From Octopus bimaculoides (taxonomy: Eukaryota), in assembly GCF_001194135.2 (NCBI RefSeq), contig NC_068985.1:43080293-43144292 (forward strand): a DNA stretch of 64,000 bases, written 5' to 3'. Positions 49,538 through 61,502 of the stretch are shown here, one piece after another. Positions within the stretch are counted from its first letter, which is position 1, and every line of letters starts with the position of its first letter. The notes under the pieces were generated by a model that made no database searches, had not been told where the DNA came from, and saw only the letters and a list, made by a program, of their open reading frames with translations. Made by a program: the position numbers and the translations under genes.

Positions 49538-50369
49538 AAACGCAAAACATCCAGACAGTTAGGTGATACAAAAAAAGGGGACAACAAAACATCCAGATAG
49601 ACGATACAAAGAAAACAAGGACGGGTCATTCGGAGTTTTCTTTCTTCAGTTAAGTTCCAGTTTATCTTTGCAATTTTGGCTGGTTATACTCGAGATTGCT
49701 CCAATCTGGCCAGCCCTAAGGAAAAACTAAGCTAAGAGCATTAGATTCCTTGGAAGAAAGCAGCGAATGTATACGAAAACAAGGACTGAAAAAAAATGGA
49801 GAATGTTACACAAATACAAATAACAGGACATATCAACAGGTGTCTTTTGACTAAGGACAAATTAAATTAAGCTGGCATGTGTGGAAGTAAAGCCTTATGG
49901 CAGGGGTACAAGATTTCACAGGCACAGGGAAGAATATAGATGTTGCTCGGACAGCAGCTGAACCAAGAAAGAAAGGTTAGGCTTGGCCGAACACTAGTCA
50001 CGTGAGGAGAGAAGAGAGAGAGGTAGAGGCAGAGGGACAGAAGAAATAAGGAGGGGCGAGAAAAAATGACAGAGGCACAGTGAAGTGAAAAGAGGAAGAA
50101 AAGTGAGCATGAAGAGAGGCAGGGAAATGTGAGAGAGGGGGAATGAAAGAATGAAGTGTGGAAGTAAGCGTGAAAGGGCTGATAGAAAGAAGGAAAGAAG
50201 GATAGAATCATACAAGATTTAGATAAATATATACTTACATGTAAGAGACCAAAGTGTACGAACGCAAAACATCCAGACAGTTAGGTGGTACAAAAATGGG
50301 GACAACAAAACATCCAGACAGACGATACAAAGAAAACAAGGATGGGTCATTCGGAGTTTTCTTTCCTCA
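49538..50369 (-). mobile_element. Unit bounded by ~110-bp direct repeats; possibly PLE pseudo-LTR derived
   Basis: aacgcaaaacatccagacagttagg...gggtcattcggagttttctttc at ~49538-49647 and ~50262-50369, next to (TA)n. Classification uncertain. Confidence 0.5.
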
Positions 50370-50389
50370 TCCAAATATACATACATACA

Positions 50390-51060
50390 AATCATCATCA
50401 TCATCAGCAGCAGCAGTGTCCACTTTCCACACTGGGGGATGGTTTGACAGGAGATGGATAGCCAGAAGACAGAACCAAGCTCTACTGTCTTTGGTATGAC
50501 ATCTACAGGTGGATGCCTACCCTTCCTAATGCCAGCCACTTTATAGAGTGTATTAGTGTACTGGATGCTTTTTACATGGTACCAACAACAGTGAGGTCAC
50601 CAAGTAGCTTGCAAGACAAGAACCACTCAACTGAGCAGGAAGTATTACTGAAGTGGGTGGCTTTGTGCCAAGTGATAAGAGGTTAGAGTATGATAGAGGA
50701 ACAGAAATAGGTACCTTGCAGTAGAGGTGATGCATGGCTACCCTAGTTAGAAAAAGAGAAAGAAGAGGAGAGAGGGAGGAGAAAAGAGGAGAAAGAAAGA
50801 GGAAAGAGAGGGAGAAGATGAAGATATGTCAGTATGTGCCCTCAAGTTAGAGGGAAGTATACCTAAGTGAAATGATGCAGAAGATTGGATAGAGAGAGAA
50901 GGTATGTAAGTTCAGGAGAGTGCAAAACGAGAGTGGGAGATAGAAAGGATGGAATGCAATTAGTGGTTAACATGAGTGGAGGAAAGAAGTGTTAGGAAGA
51001 TGAGATGTTGGGGAGATATTTGTCAGGGTCAGATTGTGTGCAAGGTCATAGACAAATGAC
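50390..51060 (-). mobile_element. Non-autonomous RTE-tailed retroelement
   Basis: RTE tail at 50390-50620 plus a purine-rich body shared with 55030-55740. Confidence 0.6.
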
Positions 51061-51069
51061 CATGCCTTT

Positions 51070-51320
51070 AGGGTCACAGTTTTACTTAGATGGATGGGTC
51101 TTCGCAAGCACAGCAAATTGCCAATCATCTTGGTGCTTTGTCATCTCCTCTGTGAGGCTCAACATCTGAAGGGCAGTTTTCACCACATTGTCCATGTCTT
51201 CCTGAGCCCTCTTCCACAGGTTCCATCTATGTTTAACAATCAGCACTTCTTTATGCAGCTGTCCTCATCCATTTGTATGACATGACCATAACAGTATAGT
51301 CTCTTCTGATATATTCAGAA
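51070..51320 (-). mobile_element. RTE LINE C-terminal remnant
   Basis: Minus-strand similarity to 44540-44760. Confidence 0.7.
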
Positions 51321-51419
51321 GAAATTTTCTCCTTTATACTGGTGTTCAACATGTGTCTGTAGGTGTGATATGTTACTATGCAGGAGTTGTGGAATGGACA
51401 AAGGAAGAACTTGTCAGCA

Positions 51420-52015
51420 TCAATAGAAAAACTAGGAAAGTAATGGCTATGCATAGATGCCTTTCATACTAGAAGTAACATAGCAAGGCTTTACTTACCT
51501 AGGAAAGAAGGTGGAAGAGGACTGGTTGGAATAGAGGATAGTTGTGATGGAGATGAACCCCTTGCATGCCTATTTGAGGAATAGTGATGAAAAAATATTG
51601 CAGGCTGCACTGGGTGAGATGATCAGTAACAATGAGGATACCTTCTAGATGTACAATATGAGGCGTAACAGAGAAAAGATCAACAATTGTAAAGAAAAAG
51701 TCCTACATGAACAACAAACAGTGGATGAAGCTGATGAAGAATCTTGGAGATGGTTAAGAAGGAGATGGAAGGATTGATTCTTGCTGCTCAAGAACAAGCT
51801 TTATGAACTAATTCAATGAAATGTAGTATTGATAAGACAGTAGTATCACCTTTGTGTAGACTATGTGGAAAATCATCCAAGACAGACATAATAAGTGGAT
51901 GTTCAAAATTAACCTAAATGGAGTACAAAAACACCACAACAAAATAGCAAAATGAATACACTGGGAGTCGTGCAAGAAGTATAGGCTAGAATGTTCCAAG
52001 TGGTATGAGCATCAA
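51420..52015 (+). mobile_element. R4-clade (Dong/Rex6-like) non-LTR retrotransposon remnant
   Basis: RLYLPRKEGGRGL; EGLILAAQEQAL; PLCRLCG..HIISGC zinc knuckle; IHW..CKKY..KWYEH. Confidence 0.85.
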
Positions 52016-52019
52016 CTTT

Positions 52020-53765
52020 TACCAGCAGCAAAGTCAACTTTGAACTTTGCCTTTCATTCTTTCAGGATCAATAGAATAGGTATCAGCTGAACACAGGGAT
52101 TGATGTTATCAATTACCCATCTCTAAAATTTTTAGGCCTAATGCTTTTAGTAGGAAGAATTAGTTAAAGTAGTGGAATGGCAGAATCAGTTGAGCATTAG
52201 TTGAAATACCTTGTGGTATTTAATTAAGGCCCTTTATGCCCCAAGTTCAAATTTCATAGAAGTGAAGTTTTCTACACTCATATCTTATTATTAACTCCAA
52301 TAAAGGCAGCGAGCTAGCAGAAACATTAGCACACCGGGCGAAATGCTCAGTGGTATTTCGTCTGCCGTTACATTCTGAGTTCAAATTCTGCCAAGGTCGA
52401 CTTTGCCTTTCATCCTTTCAAGGTCAATAAATTAAGAACCAGTTATGCACTGGGGTCGATGTAATTGACTTAATCCCCCTGTCTGTCCCCTTGTAAGCAA
52501 TAAAGAAATAAGAAACATTAGCATACTGGGCGAAATGCTTAGCGGTATTTCATTTGTCTTTACATTCTGAGTTCAAATTCCACCGAAGTCAACTTTGCCT
52601 TTCGTCCTTTTGGGGATCGATAAATTAAGTACCAGTTGTGTACTAGGGTTGATCTAATTGACTGGCCCCTCCCCACAAATTTCAGGCCTTGTGGCTAGAG
52701 TAGAAAGAAAAAAAATGTATCATTAGCACACCAGGCAAAATAGTGAGTGGCATTTTGTCTGTCTTTACATTCTGAATTCAAATTCCACCATGGTCAACTT
52801 TGCCTTTCATCCTTTGGTGGAGGTTGATAAAATAGGTACCAGTTAAGCATTGGGGTCTATGTAATTGACTTAACCCTTCCCCCAAAATTGCTGGCCATGT
52901 GCCAAAATTTGAGACCATTATTAATTCCAATACAATAAAGTTGTAATTATTGCAAAAATTGGTTTTATGTTTACTTACCAGAAATAACATATCGCAGAAC
53001 AAGATGAAACTTTTTGGTGTGCTAGAGCCATAATCTCTCATCCTCTAAATCTAAGCTATCTTATATTGTCTAATTTCTTAGTGAAAAGCAATATCTGTTT
53101 GTATGTAATATTCATCCCTATTAAGACAGCAAGTTGGCAGAGATGTGAGTATGCCAGGCAAAATGCTTTATCCATTGCTACTTTCTGAGTTCAAAATTCC
53201 AACGAGGTTCACTGTCTTTCATCCTTTTGGGGTCAATAAAATAAGTACTGGGCAGTGGTGGCTTGTTTATAGGCACTACAGAACTGCAGCAACCCTTATT
53301 TCCACTCGCTATTATTGATAACGTTCCATGCTTTTAAGGATCATTTCTTAAGCATGTGTCGCAACAGTATCTGATTCTATTGAGCAGATCAACAACATCA
53401 CGATGATGTGAGATTGTATTGAGTCCTGAGCGTGAAACAAGTTTTTCTTTATCATTCGTTCCTCGCTTTTAACAAATGTGAGAAAAATCCAGTGAGGATC
53501 ATTCTTGAGAGATTTAATAACTTCTTAAAGAGTGACTCAATACTTTCTGAGTCTTTAAGGCGGCGAGCTGGCAGAAACGTTAGCACTCCGGGCGAAATGC
53601 TTAGCGGTATTTTGTCTGTATTTACGGTCTGAGTTCAAATTCCGCCGACATTGACTTTCGTTCTTTCAGGGTCGATAAATTAAGTACTAGTTGCATACTG
53701 GGGTCGACCTAATCGGCTGGTCCCCTCGCCCAAAATTTCAGGCCTTGTGCCTAGAGTAGAAAAGA
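52020..53765 (+). mobile_element. Array of about seven same-strand SINE A copies/fragments
   Basis: Copies at ~52020, 52170, 52304, 52511, 52725, 53120 and 53559 share ctgagttcaaattcc..gactttgcctttcatcctt..aagtaccag. Confidence 0.88.
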
Positions 53766-54179
53766 ATATTATCGGTAACATTCAATATAATGAGTCCTTT
53801 TTTCTTTAATTCTTTCTTTATACTTGTACATTATATACTCCTTAAGCTTAACGTCAATAGCCATCCCCTAGCTTATGAAAAAAATACAAAAATCCTTGTA
53901 TAGAACTGTGTGCTTCAGTTTTAGTGATGCGGTGTTTGGCTGTAGTGCGCATGCTCACATGTCCAAGATAGGAAGCTTCACTTCCAACAGGATTTTAACC
54001 CATTAGCATTGAAATTACTCTGTGAAATGTTCTGCTTATGTATTCCCATTGTTTTGAATTTATCATGCATTATCTCATAGCCTTGAGATTCTGATGATGC
54101 GATTGTTTATGGAATATCTCTACTCCTCATCTCCTAGCATTAAGTTGCCCTATTTTGGGATTTGTAGTCTTAGAAGCTG

Positions 54180-54960
54180 CATGGTGATCTCACTAGTGTT
54201 GGTGGCATGGAAAAAAAGCACTCACTACACACTAGAAAGTGGTTGGCATTAGGAAGGGTACCCAACCATAGAAACCATGCCAAAGTAGATACTGGAGCAT
54301 GATGAAGTCTTTGAGCCGATCACGTCCAGTCAAATTGTTCAACCCATAGCAGCATGGAACATGGGCATTAAAGTATGATTATAATAATTAGGAATACTTG
54401 TAATTATCAAGATATATTTTAATGTAAAAGGTGTTGCTGATGCAAAAGTGCTGTTACTAATGTAAGGCATTTTATATTCCATACAATAAAATATACCATA
54501 TAAATTGTTTAGCAGTACCTTTAATTAGTGTTATTTTATTTGAAATTGCTTTGAAAATGTGCCAAAAGAGCTAGTTACATCTTCAGCTTGTCTAATCATA
54601 TAGAGATGGCAATTTTGAGAAGGACTGAGAGAGCAATGTATGGTGTGAAACTATTGGATAAAAGGAGGGTTGAGGGCTTGATAAGGATGCTGCAGTTGGA
54701 GGAATCAGTGAAACAGCTGGCAAGGGTAAATGGGATGCAGTGGTATGGACATGTGTTGAGGAGGGATGAGGATCATGTTCTGAGGAGAGTGCTTGAGTTT
54801 AAAGTGAATGAACCACGAAAGTGAGGTTGACCAAAGAAAACAGAGGGGACAGGTGGAGAAGGAGATTGAGGACGCCCAAAACCGGGTGAGATGGTGTGAA
54901 AGTGGCTACTGTAAGAGTGAGTAGATCTGGTCACCACCGTTAATGGGGACAAACCTAGAT
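54180..54960 (+). mobile_element. RTE tail copy (54180-54375) and RTE C-terminal remnant (54590-54960)
   Basis: Tail motif match; RRTERAMYGVKLLDK..QWYGHVLRRDEDHVLRRVLEF. Confidence 0.8.
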
Positions 54961-54981
54961 TTAAAATATTGGAATTCATTC

Positions 54982-55014
<33 letters not shown>

Positions 55015-55029
55015 AAACTATTCATGAAT

Positions 55030-55740
55030 ATATCATCTAACATCAGCTTTTCATGCTAGCATAGGTTGTATGGTTTGACAGGATAAGCCACAGAGCTGTG
55101 CCCAGTTCCAGTGCCATGTTTGACATGGTTTCTATGGTTAGATGCTTTTCTTGTGCCACCAGTAACTTACAAGACAGAAAAAAGAGCAGGGAAAAGAATA
55201 AAAGCTCCCATTTCTAAGTGTGTGTCTGTGGGGCTTTATGCCAGAGACAAGATTAGGTGTCTTGCTTTAGAGGAGATACAGTTACCCCACATTATATAGG
55301 AGTGAGGATGGGAGTAGTTGAGAAAGACAAATGAAAGTAGTGATGGAATGCCAGAGTAAACTCTCAAGGTACAAGAAAGTTAGCATATGAGAGGATACAT
55401 TGGGCCATAGAAAGGGAGGAGAGGATACTTACATAAGAATGTGAGGGGAGAGTAACAGATGCTTAGAGATGACAGTAGAGGTAAATGTAGTAAGTAACGA
55501 ATAAAGGCAGAAGTGTAGTTGATAAGAAGTCACAGTATGGAGAGATGTAGAGTGGGAGAGATAGAAATGGCTCAGAAAGGATAGATCAGAAGGTAGAGGG
55601 ATGATGTGTGAGAGTGGCTATAGTGAGTGGGGTATGATGGCAGACATAACAAGATGCAGGAAAAGTTAGATATATGAAGCAGAGAAGAGAAATAACTGAA
55701 GGCAAAGAAAGGAAGAGGTGATCAAACCACGCACACACAT
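55030..55740 (-). mobile_element. Non-autonomous RTE-tailed retroelement
   Basis: Tail catcagcttttcatgctagcatagg and a purine-rich body similar to 50620-51060. Confidence 0.55.
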
Positions 55741-55784
55741 CTACAAACATTCACCCTCACATACATGCATGCATACATATACAC

Positions 55785-55880
55785 ATATAAAACAAAAAGA
55801 GTAACAAACAACAAAAAAGGTAAAGTTTCAATGTATATTTTTAAAGTGTTTTGTGTTTTTATTTATTCTTGTATTTTACA
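55785..55880 (-). terminator. Candidate polyadenylation site of HAPSTR1
   Basis: Minus strand: upstream TGTA (55877-55880), overlapping AATAAA hexamers (55858-55867), then a GU/U-rich downstream element (55785-55820). Confidence 0.55.
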
Positions 55881-55972
55881 AAGTTCCCAACCTGTGAGTG
55901 TGTTTTGCATCTTTTACAATTTTGTTCAAAACTTGGGAATTCATCTATTGAAATTGTTTTATTTGAAAAAAA

Positions 55973-56005
<33 letters not shown>

Positions 56006-56449
56006 AAAAGAAAAAAAAGATCACAGAATTTGAAGAAAAATAAATACAAAAAAAAAAAACTAAGATACAGCAGAAGTGAGGACTGTTTACATTTCCCAGG
56101 TATGTGCATGTATTATATACACATACGATGTGTGTATATATTACACACATATATATACATGTGCAAGTGTATATATATCACACACATACACACGCGCACA
56201 CACACACATATACACAAACATACATATATATATACACACACACATATATATATACACACACACATTTCATAGAGGGGTGGCAGAAATGGGGTAAATATGT
56301 CGATAAGAAAAGAATAAAATAAAGAGGGAGGGGAGGTGAATGGAAATTTTAGTTTTATTCCATTATTGCAATGTTAGGAGTACTCGTCTCCATTCTCTAC
56401 AGATTTGCAAGTCATCAGTTAACATTCAAATAGACAGCTGCAAAAAACA

Positions 56450-56486
<37 letters not shown>

Positions 56487-57015
56487 CATACATCATTTAG
56501 CTATAGGGATTGTACAAGGTTATTAACATATACTATCTTAGAAACAGGTCATATCCATTCTGTTTTTAAACGTTTTACACTAGTTATCACCACCTTTTAA
56601 AGAGGTTGATGATATTCAGGGTAGCAAGTGCTACAATTAAATTGCATCCAACATGGACAAATCAATCTAAACAGCCATATTTTTACTGTTTTTTTTGTTT
56701 TGTAAATATATATTTAATATTTCAACAATGAAAGAACTAGATCGACAACTGATTAAAGAGATTTTGATATTACTAGCTTAGTAAATTAGATTAAATGGCA
56801 AACCAATTAAAAATAAAGGCATATACATCTGTATAGATAAATATACAATTATAAAAAGACATACACAAAGGGGGAAAAAATAACACATATACTACTAATA
56901 CCAACATAAAGCAAGGCTAGTTAACTGAACAGAGAAAGGTCAAATCAGCTCAGGGCACCGAGATAATATCAATGACTAAGAGCCCACAGAACACACAGAG
57001 GTAAGTAACCTAAAG

Positions 57016-57061
<46 letters not shown>

Positions 57062-59552
57062 ATATACACACATATACACATACAATTTCAAACCCATGTT
57101 ATGTTTTAGTGAACAGTTGCATTGTAAGGAAGAAATACCTTCAGAAGAATTTATCTTCTACAGGGCTATAAATTTGGCAGGACAGTTTATATGAGGTAAG
57201 GAAGGCAAGTGAGGAGGGAATACATTATAATTTGACTAAAGTAAAAGCTAATTAAATTAAAGATTGTCAGTAATACCAATAACATACAAGACATTCTTCA
57301 GCCAAAAGGAGCCAATCAACAAATAAAAACTAAACAAATATAATTTAATATTTCACCATCTTACAACACATCAAAATAAATGAAGAGATTTGGGAGAAAA
57401 GGGGGCCAGGAGGAAGTCAAAATTCCATTTTAGTGATCAGTTTGTGCCCAATAATTACAGAAGTACAAAGCAAACGATCACATTTTGTTTGTTAATTACT
57501 GAACCACTACGTTTGCAAATTTGAATATTTGTTTTTTTTTCTCTAAGACTGAATGTTTAATGATATAGGGCTCTTAATTTTAGTACAGCATTCATTTGGA
57601 GATCTTGTCAAACTAATATTGTAATATTATCTCAGTATTTTGGAACAAAGATCTAGTAACATTCTGGTCTGTCTAGTTACATAGGAAACTTATTGCATGC
57701 ATGCACAAACATGTACACACCCTCTCACATAAAAACTATCACAGATACATAAAACTAGAGTTGGCCATTTGATAACGACTTTGAAATAGACTTGTGGAGA
57801 TTATATTAACTCCATATTGCAGTTTATATCCATTAACACATTCTGGAATGTACACTGTGTGAATACAATGTCCATGGATAATAAACACCATGGATTTTGA
57901 AATAAAAAATTGAAGAACTATTTCTGAGTTGAAGAATGGTTAATTAATCCAATTTGGAAACATACACCTTGATTCTACAGCTTTACTTACCATAAATTAA
58001 AACAAATTAATGAATGATTTTAGCAATAAGAAAAAGACATTCTGCCTAAATTGTTGGATTGAAAAAAAAAAAGAGAAAAAAGTAAAATAAATAAAATGGC
58101 CCACTGGAATGAGAGAAAGATATTAACTTTTGTTTTGTGAACAAAAAAGTTTTTCTGGTTATTAGAATATTTTAGTAACCATTTTTGATACAACTGGGAT
58201 TAAATCTAAATTTTCTTAGCAGTCAAGAATAATTTGAAAAATCTGACAGGAATGGAGCATCATCAGAACCAAAAATCTTTGTCACAAGTTTTTGATTAAA
58301 AACTAATGAAATTCAATGATTCCTTTAAAACAAAGACCAGATGGTAGCAAACTGAGAAAAGAAAGAAAGACTACAGCTAAAGTTAAAACAGGGAAAAAAA
58401 TAATTGCTGTCGTTATCTGAAAATATTGTATGAGAGAGTTTTCAGTGAAATAAAGAGAGAAAAAATCTTCAACTTTGCTAAACAAAGAAAAAGAAGCATT
58501 TAAAAGTGAGATAATTCTATTTTACAGATCTTTGATGTTGCAATTATTAAGGAAGACCAGCTAAAGGATCAAATAATACAGACATCTGCTTTGGATAAAA
58601 TAGAATTTCATGAATATATTAAAAACTAAAATAATGATATTGGATAAAGAGAAATAAATTTGAAAAATATATTTCACAAGTGACTAAAGTCAGTAGTAAA
58701 GGTTATTATTATTACTTAAATGTATAACTTCTACATAATCAGTGAATAAAAGAAAAAAAAAAACAGTACTCTGATCATTAGATTAAGAATATATAAAGTA
58801 AGAATTGAAAAGTCTCAGAGGCAGCTGAAATAAGTGGTACTAATGGGAAAATGATGGTGAAAAAACTCTTTAAAAATTACATTTCTTACTGACCAACACA
58901 TATAAAGAAGCTGGAGAATCTAATTACTTTTTTAAACTAGAAATACTTTTTGGTTTCTTACAAGCAAATATTCTAACCCTTAGATGAAAAGGCGAAAAGA
59001 AAAAGAAAAATGAAGAAATAGAAACTGCTTTTTAAAAAAATGAACGAAATACTTTGTGTTTATTGAAAAAATTAAGTTAAGGCTGCTAAAACTCCATTAT
59101 TTGTGTCTTGTTGGTTGCTGGGACAGCCACAACGAGAGGGCCCTGGTCATTCTTCTATCAATTGTTGCAGCTTTTACATTTCAATGCAGAATATGATGCG
59201 AAAGCATCCCTTCCCAGTTTTTTTCAGTTGCTAACTAGGCACGCTGAAGAAATATAATCTGATTACACAGGTGTTATGTCAGGATTTGTCTTTGGTTACC
59301 ATCCACAAGAGATGTACTTATAACTATTACGAGAAAAAGATTTCCAGGATTTAAAAAAAAAAAAAAAATCAAAAGAAAAAAGGAAAAAAAATCCCTGCTC
59401 TGACAGTTTTCTCTTGTGGCCCCCAAATGGGGAGATTAGTCTCCTTTTAGCAAGAGTCATTTATATATAATCGGCTGAAGCAAACACAATGTTGGCTCAA
59501 CATCATTTCACAGAAGAATAGCTTCAGAAGAAGCTAACTGTATGTACACGAG

Positions 59553-59634
<82 letters not shown>

Positions 59635-59642
59635 ATATATAC

Positions 59643-59678
<36 letters not shown>

Positions 59679-59745
59679 ATATTATGTATTTATTTTATAG
59701 AAAGTTTTCTACAAGTGACATGTAGTGGTTCAATTTGTCATTATT
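55840..59745 (-). other. Putative ~3.9-kb 3' UTR of HAPSTR1
   Basis: Lies between the stop codon and the best poly(A) signal; contains microsatellites but no recognisable SINE/LINE copies. Confidence 0.55.
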
Positions 59746-59936
59746 CTACATTATGCGGCTTTTTTTTCGAGATGGTGAATCCATACCATCTGAAGGTGGA
59801 CTTCTTTTGCGGGAATCAGAATGCCTAGATATTTCATCAAGAATGAATCTGTTCAAATCTTCCATGTTTCTGTTTAAGGTACCGCCAGTATGAGGTAGAT
59901 ATCCTACACTAATATTTGACATAGCACCATTTAAAC
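59746..59936 (-). CDS. HAPSTR1: HAPSTR1/C16orf72 orthologue, last coding exon
   Basis: Acceptor tctttttcag|GT. Encodes (G)LNGAMSNISVG...EDLNRFILDEIS..RKRSPPSDGMDSPSRKKSRIM*, matching recalled vertebrate GLSGAMASISV..DLNTFISEEM..DSPTHKRNRMI. Phase fits the upstream exon. Confidence 0.93.
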
Positions 59937-60412
59937 CTGAAAAAGAAGCAAAAATAGCATGATTAATGATTCAATGGAGAACCTAAGAAAACACATTAAC
60001 ACTTAAAATATCCCGTCAACTAAAGCAAATTTAGAAATCAAATGCTTTAAAATTGAATCATCTCAAATTTGTATTAACTGGTAAACCAAAATTGACTTAA
60101 GATATAATTACTGCAAAGAAGCATATGCAATAAAAAAGCAAATAAAAAACACCCTTCTACAAGAGACAAAATATAATCCTGTGGATTTATTACAAATTCG
60201 ACTAAGCTGAATATCATTAATATGACCTGAAGTCAATAACTTCTTTGATTTTTGATTATGGTCAAAGATGTATTTTTATTTTTGTTATATGATTACTGGT
60301 AGATGTTTTCCACAATACCAATTGTATAGGAAAGAAAAAGCTACAATAAGCTGAAGTCATTTAGAAATTATTATACAGCATAAGTTAAACGTTTTCAATT
60401 AGTTGACACCTA

Positions 60413-60617
60413 CAGTAATCCCTTAACTATCGTGGATGTTATGTTCCACCCCCACAATAGGTGAAAATCCGCAAAGTAGAAACAGTACTGTACTGTATAT
60501 AGTTTTCATTATTTTTATAATTTGTATATATTTGTTATAAATGCAAAATAGAGGAATTGACGAAAGTTTAAATAATAAATCATGATAGATAAACCACAAT
60601 TTGGTGAGGGATTACTG
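60413..60617. mobile_element. Tigger/pogo-type MITE in the HAPSTR1 intron
   Basis: TA-cagtaatccct ... agggattactg-TA. Confidence 0.85.
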
Positions 60618-61199
60618 TATTTCAATTATGATTTTAGTTTCAGTAGCTAATACACATTCCAAAAATTCTAACATCAATGACGTTATAAAGCCAAAATATT
60701 GCTAGTAGGAGTAGAGCTACTAATGTAGCTTATTCATTCAGAAAACTGATGAGCTGTTGAAACTACAAATACTTTTATGCAATCTTGAGGCTAAATTTAG
60801 ATGTCCAACATGTGGCATGCTAGCTATAGAAATATCCCACATGTTCAAATGGTGGATCTCTTAGCTTTGGATACAGAAATTTTCGGTAATATGATATCAA
60901 GTGCTCTATGCAATTGTATTTCTCAAATACTTTGTGCATGCTGTTTAAGTACCTAGAATGTTATACTAGTCAATGCATATAGCAAGTGTGGATTTATACT
61001 GACACTGTAACTACATCTACCATAAAACTAGGTACCTGTAGATGAATACCCCAATTCATACATTTTTATGGAGCAAAATCAAAGACTGATGGCAAATAAT
61101 TTCCTAACTAGATCTCTGGGGCAGCTAAACTACAAATTACAGCTATTTAAATGAAAGAATAATTTCAAAAAGAATCTTTGTTAAGAGAGAAGTACTCAC

Positions 61200-61502
61200 C
61201 TTGCAAGGCCAATGCATCACTAAAAGCTTGCAATTCAGTATCTGTGTCTGGTTCTAAATCCCTTCCACCACAGTGAGATAACCTTTGAGAGGGCCTGTCT
61301 TTAGTCATCCAAGTACCACTTTTGCCAGTAGATGCTCCTCGGTTACGCAATGGTGGATTCTTGCCACAAAGAAAAGCAAGAAGTTCTTCTCTACGTATAT
61401 GACGTCGTTTCTTTTTGGCCCAGGCAATAATATCCTTTGTTCTGTGTTGTTTACCACACTGCACACCAACATCAATACAGCCTCGTAATGTATCTATACT
61501 AT
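61200..61502 (-). CDS. HAPSTR1: HAPSTR1/C16orf72 orthologue, penultimate coding exon (303 nt, phase 1-1)
   Basis: tgtatttcag|AT..CAAG|gtgagt. Encodes (D)SIDTLRGCIDVGVQCGKQHRTKDIIAWAKKKRRHIRREELLAFLCGKNPP..TELQAFSDALALQG, matching recalled human ESVDTH..GIQIGYQRRNKDVLAWVKKRRRTIRREDLISFLCGKVPP..TDLQPFREAIALHG. No upstream exon recognised in the window. Confidence 0.95.

Noticed and set aside
55970-56060. Poly(A) tract as a retrocopy tail
   Set aside because: No upstream processed ORF or TSD; better read as a U-rich tract in the HAPSTR1 3' UTR.
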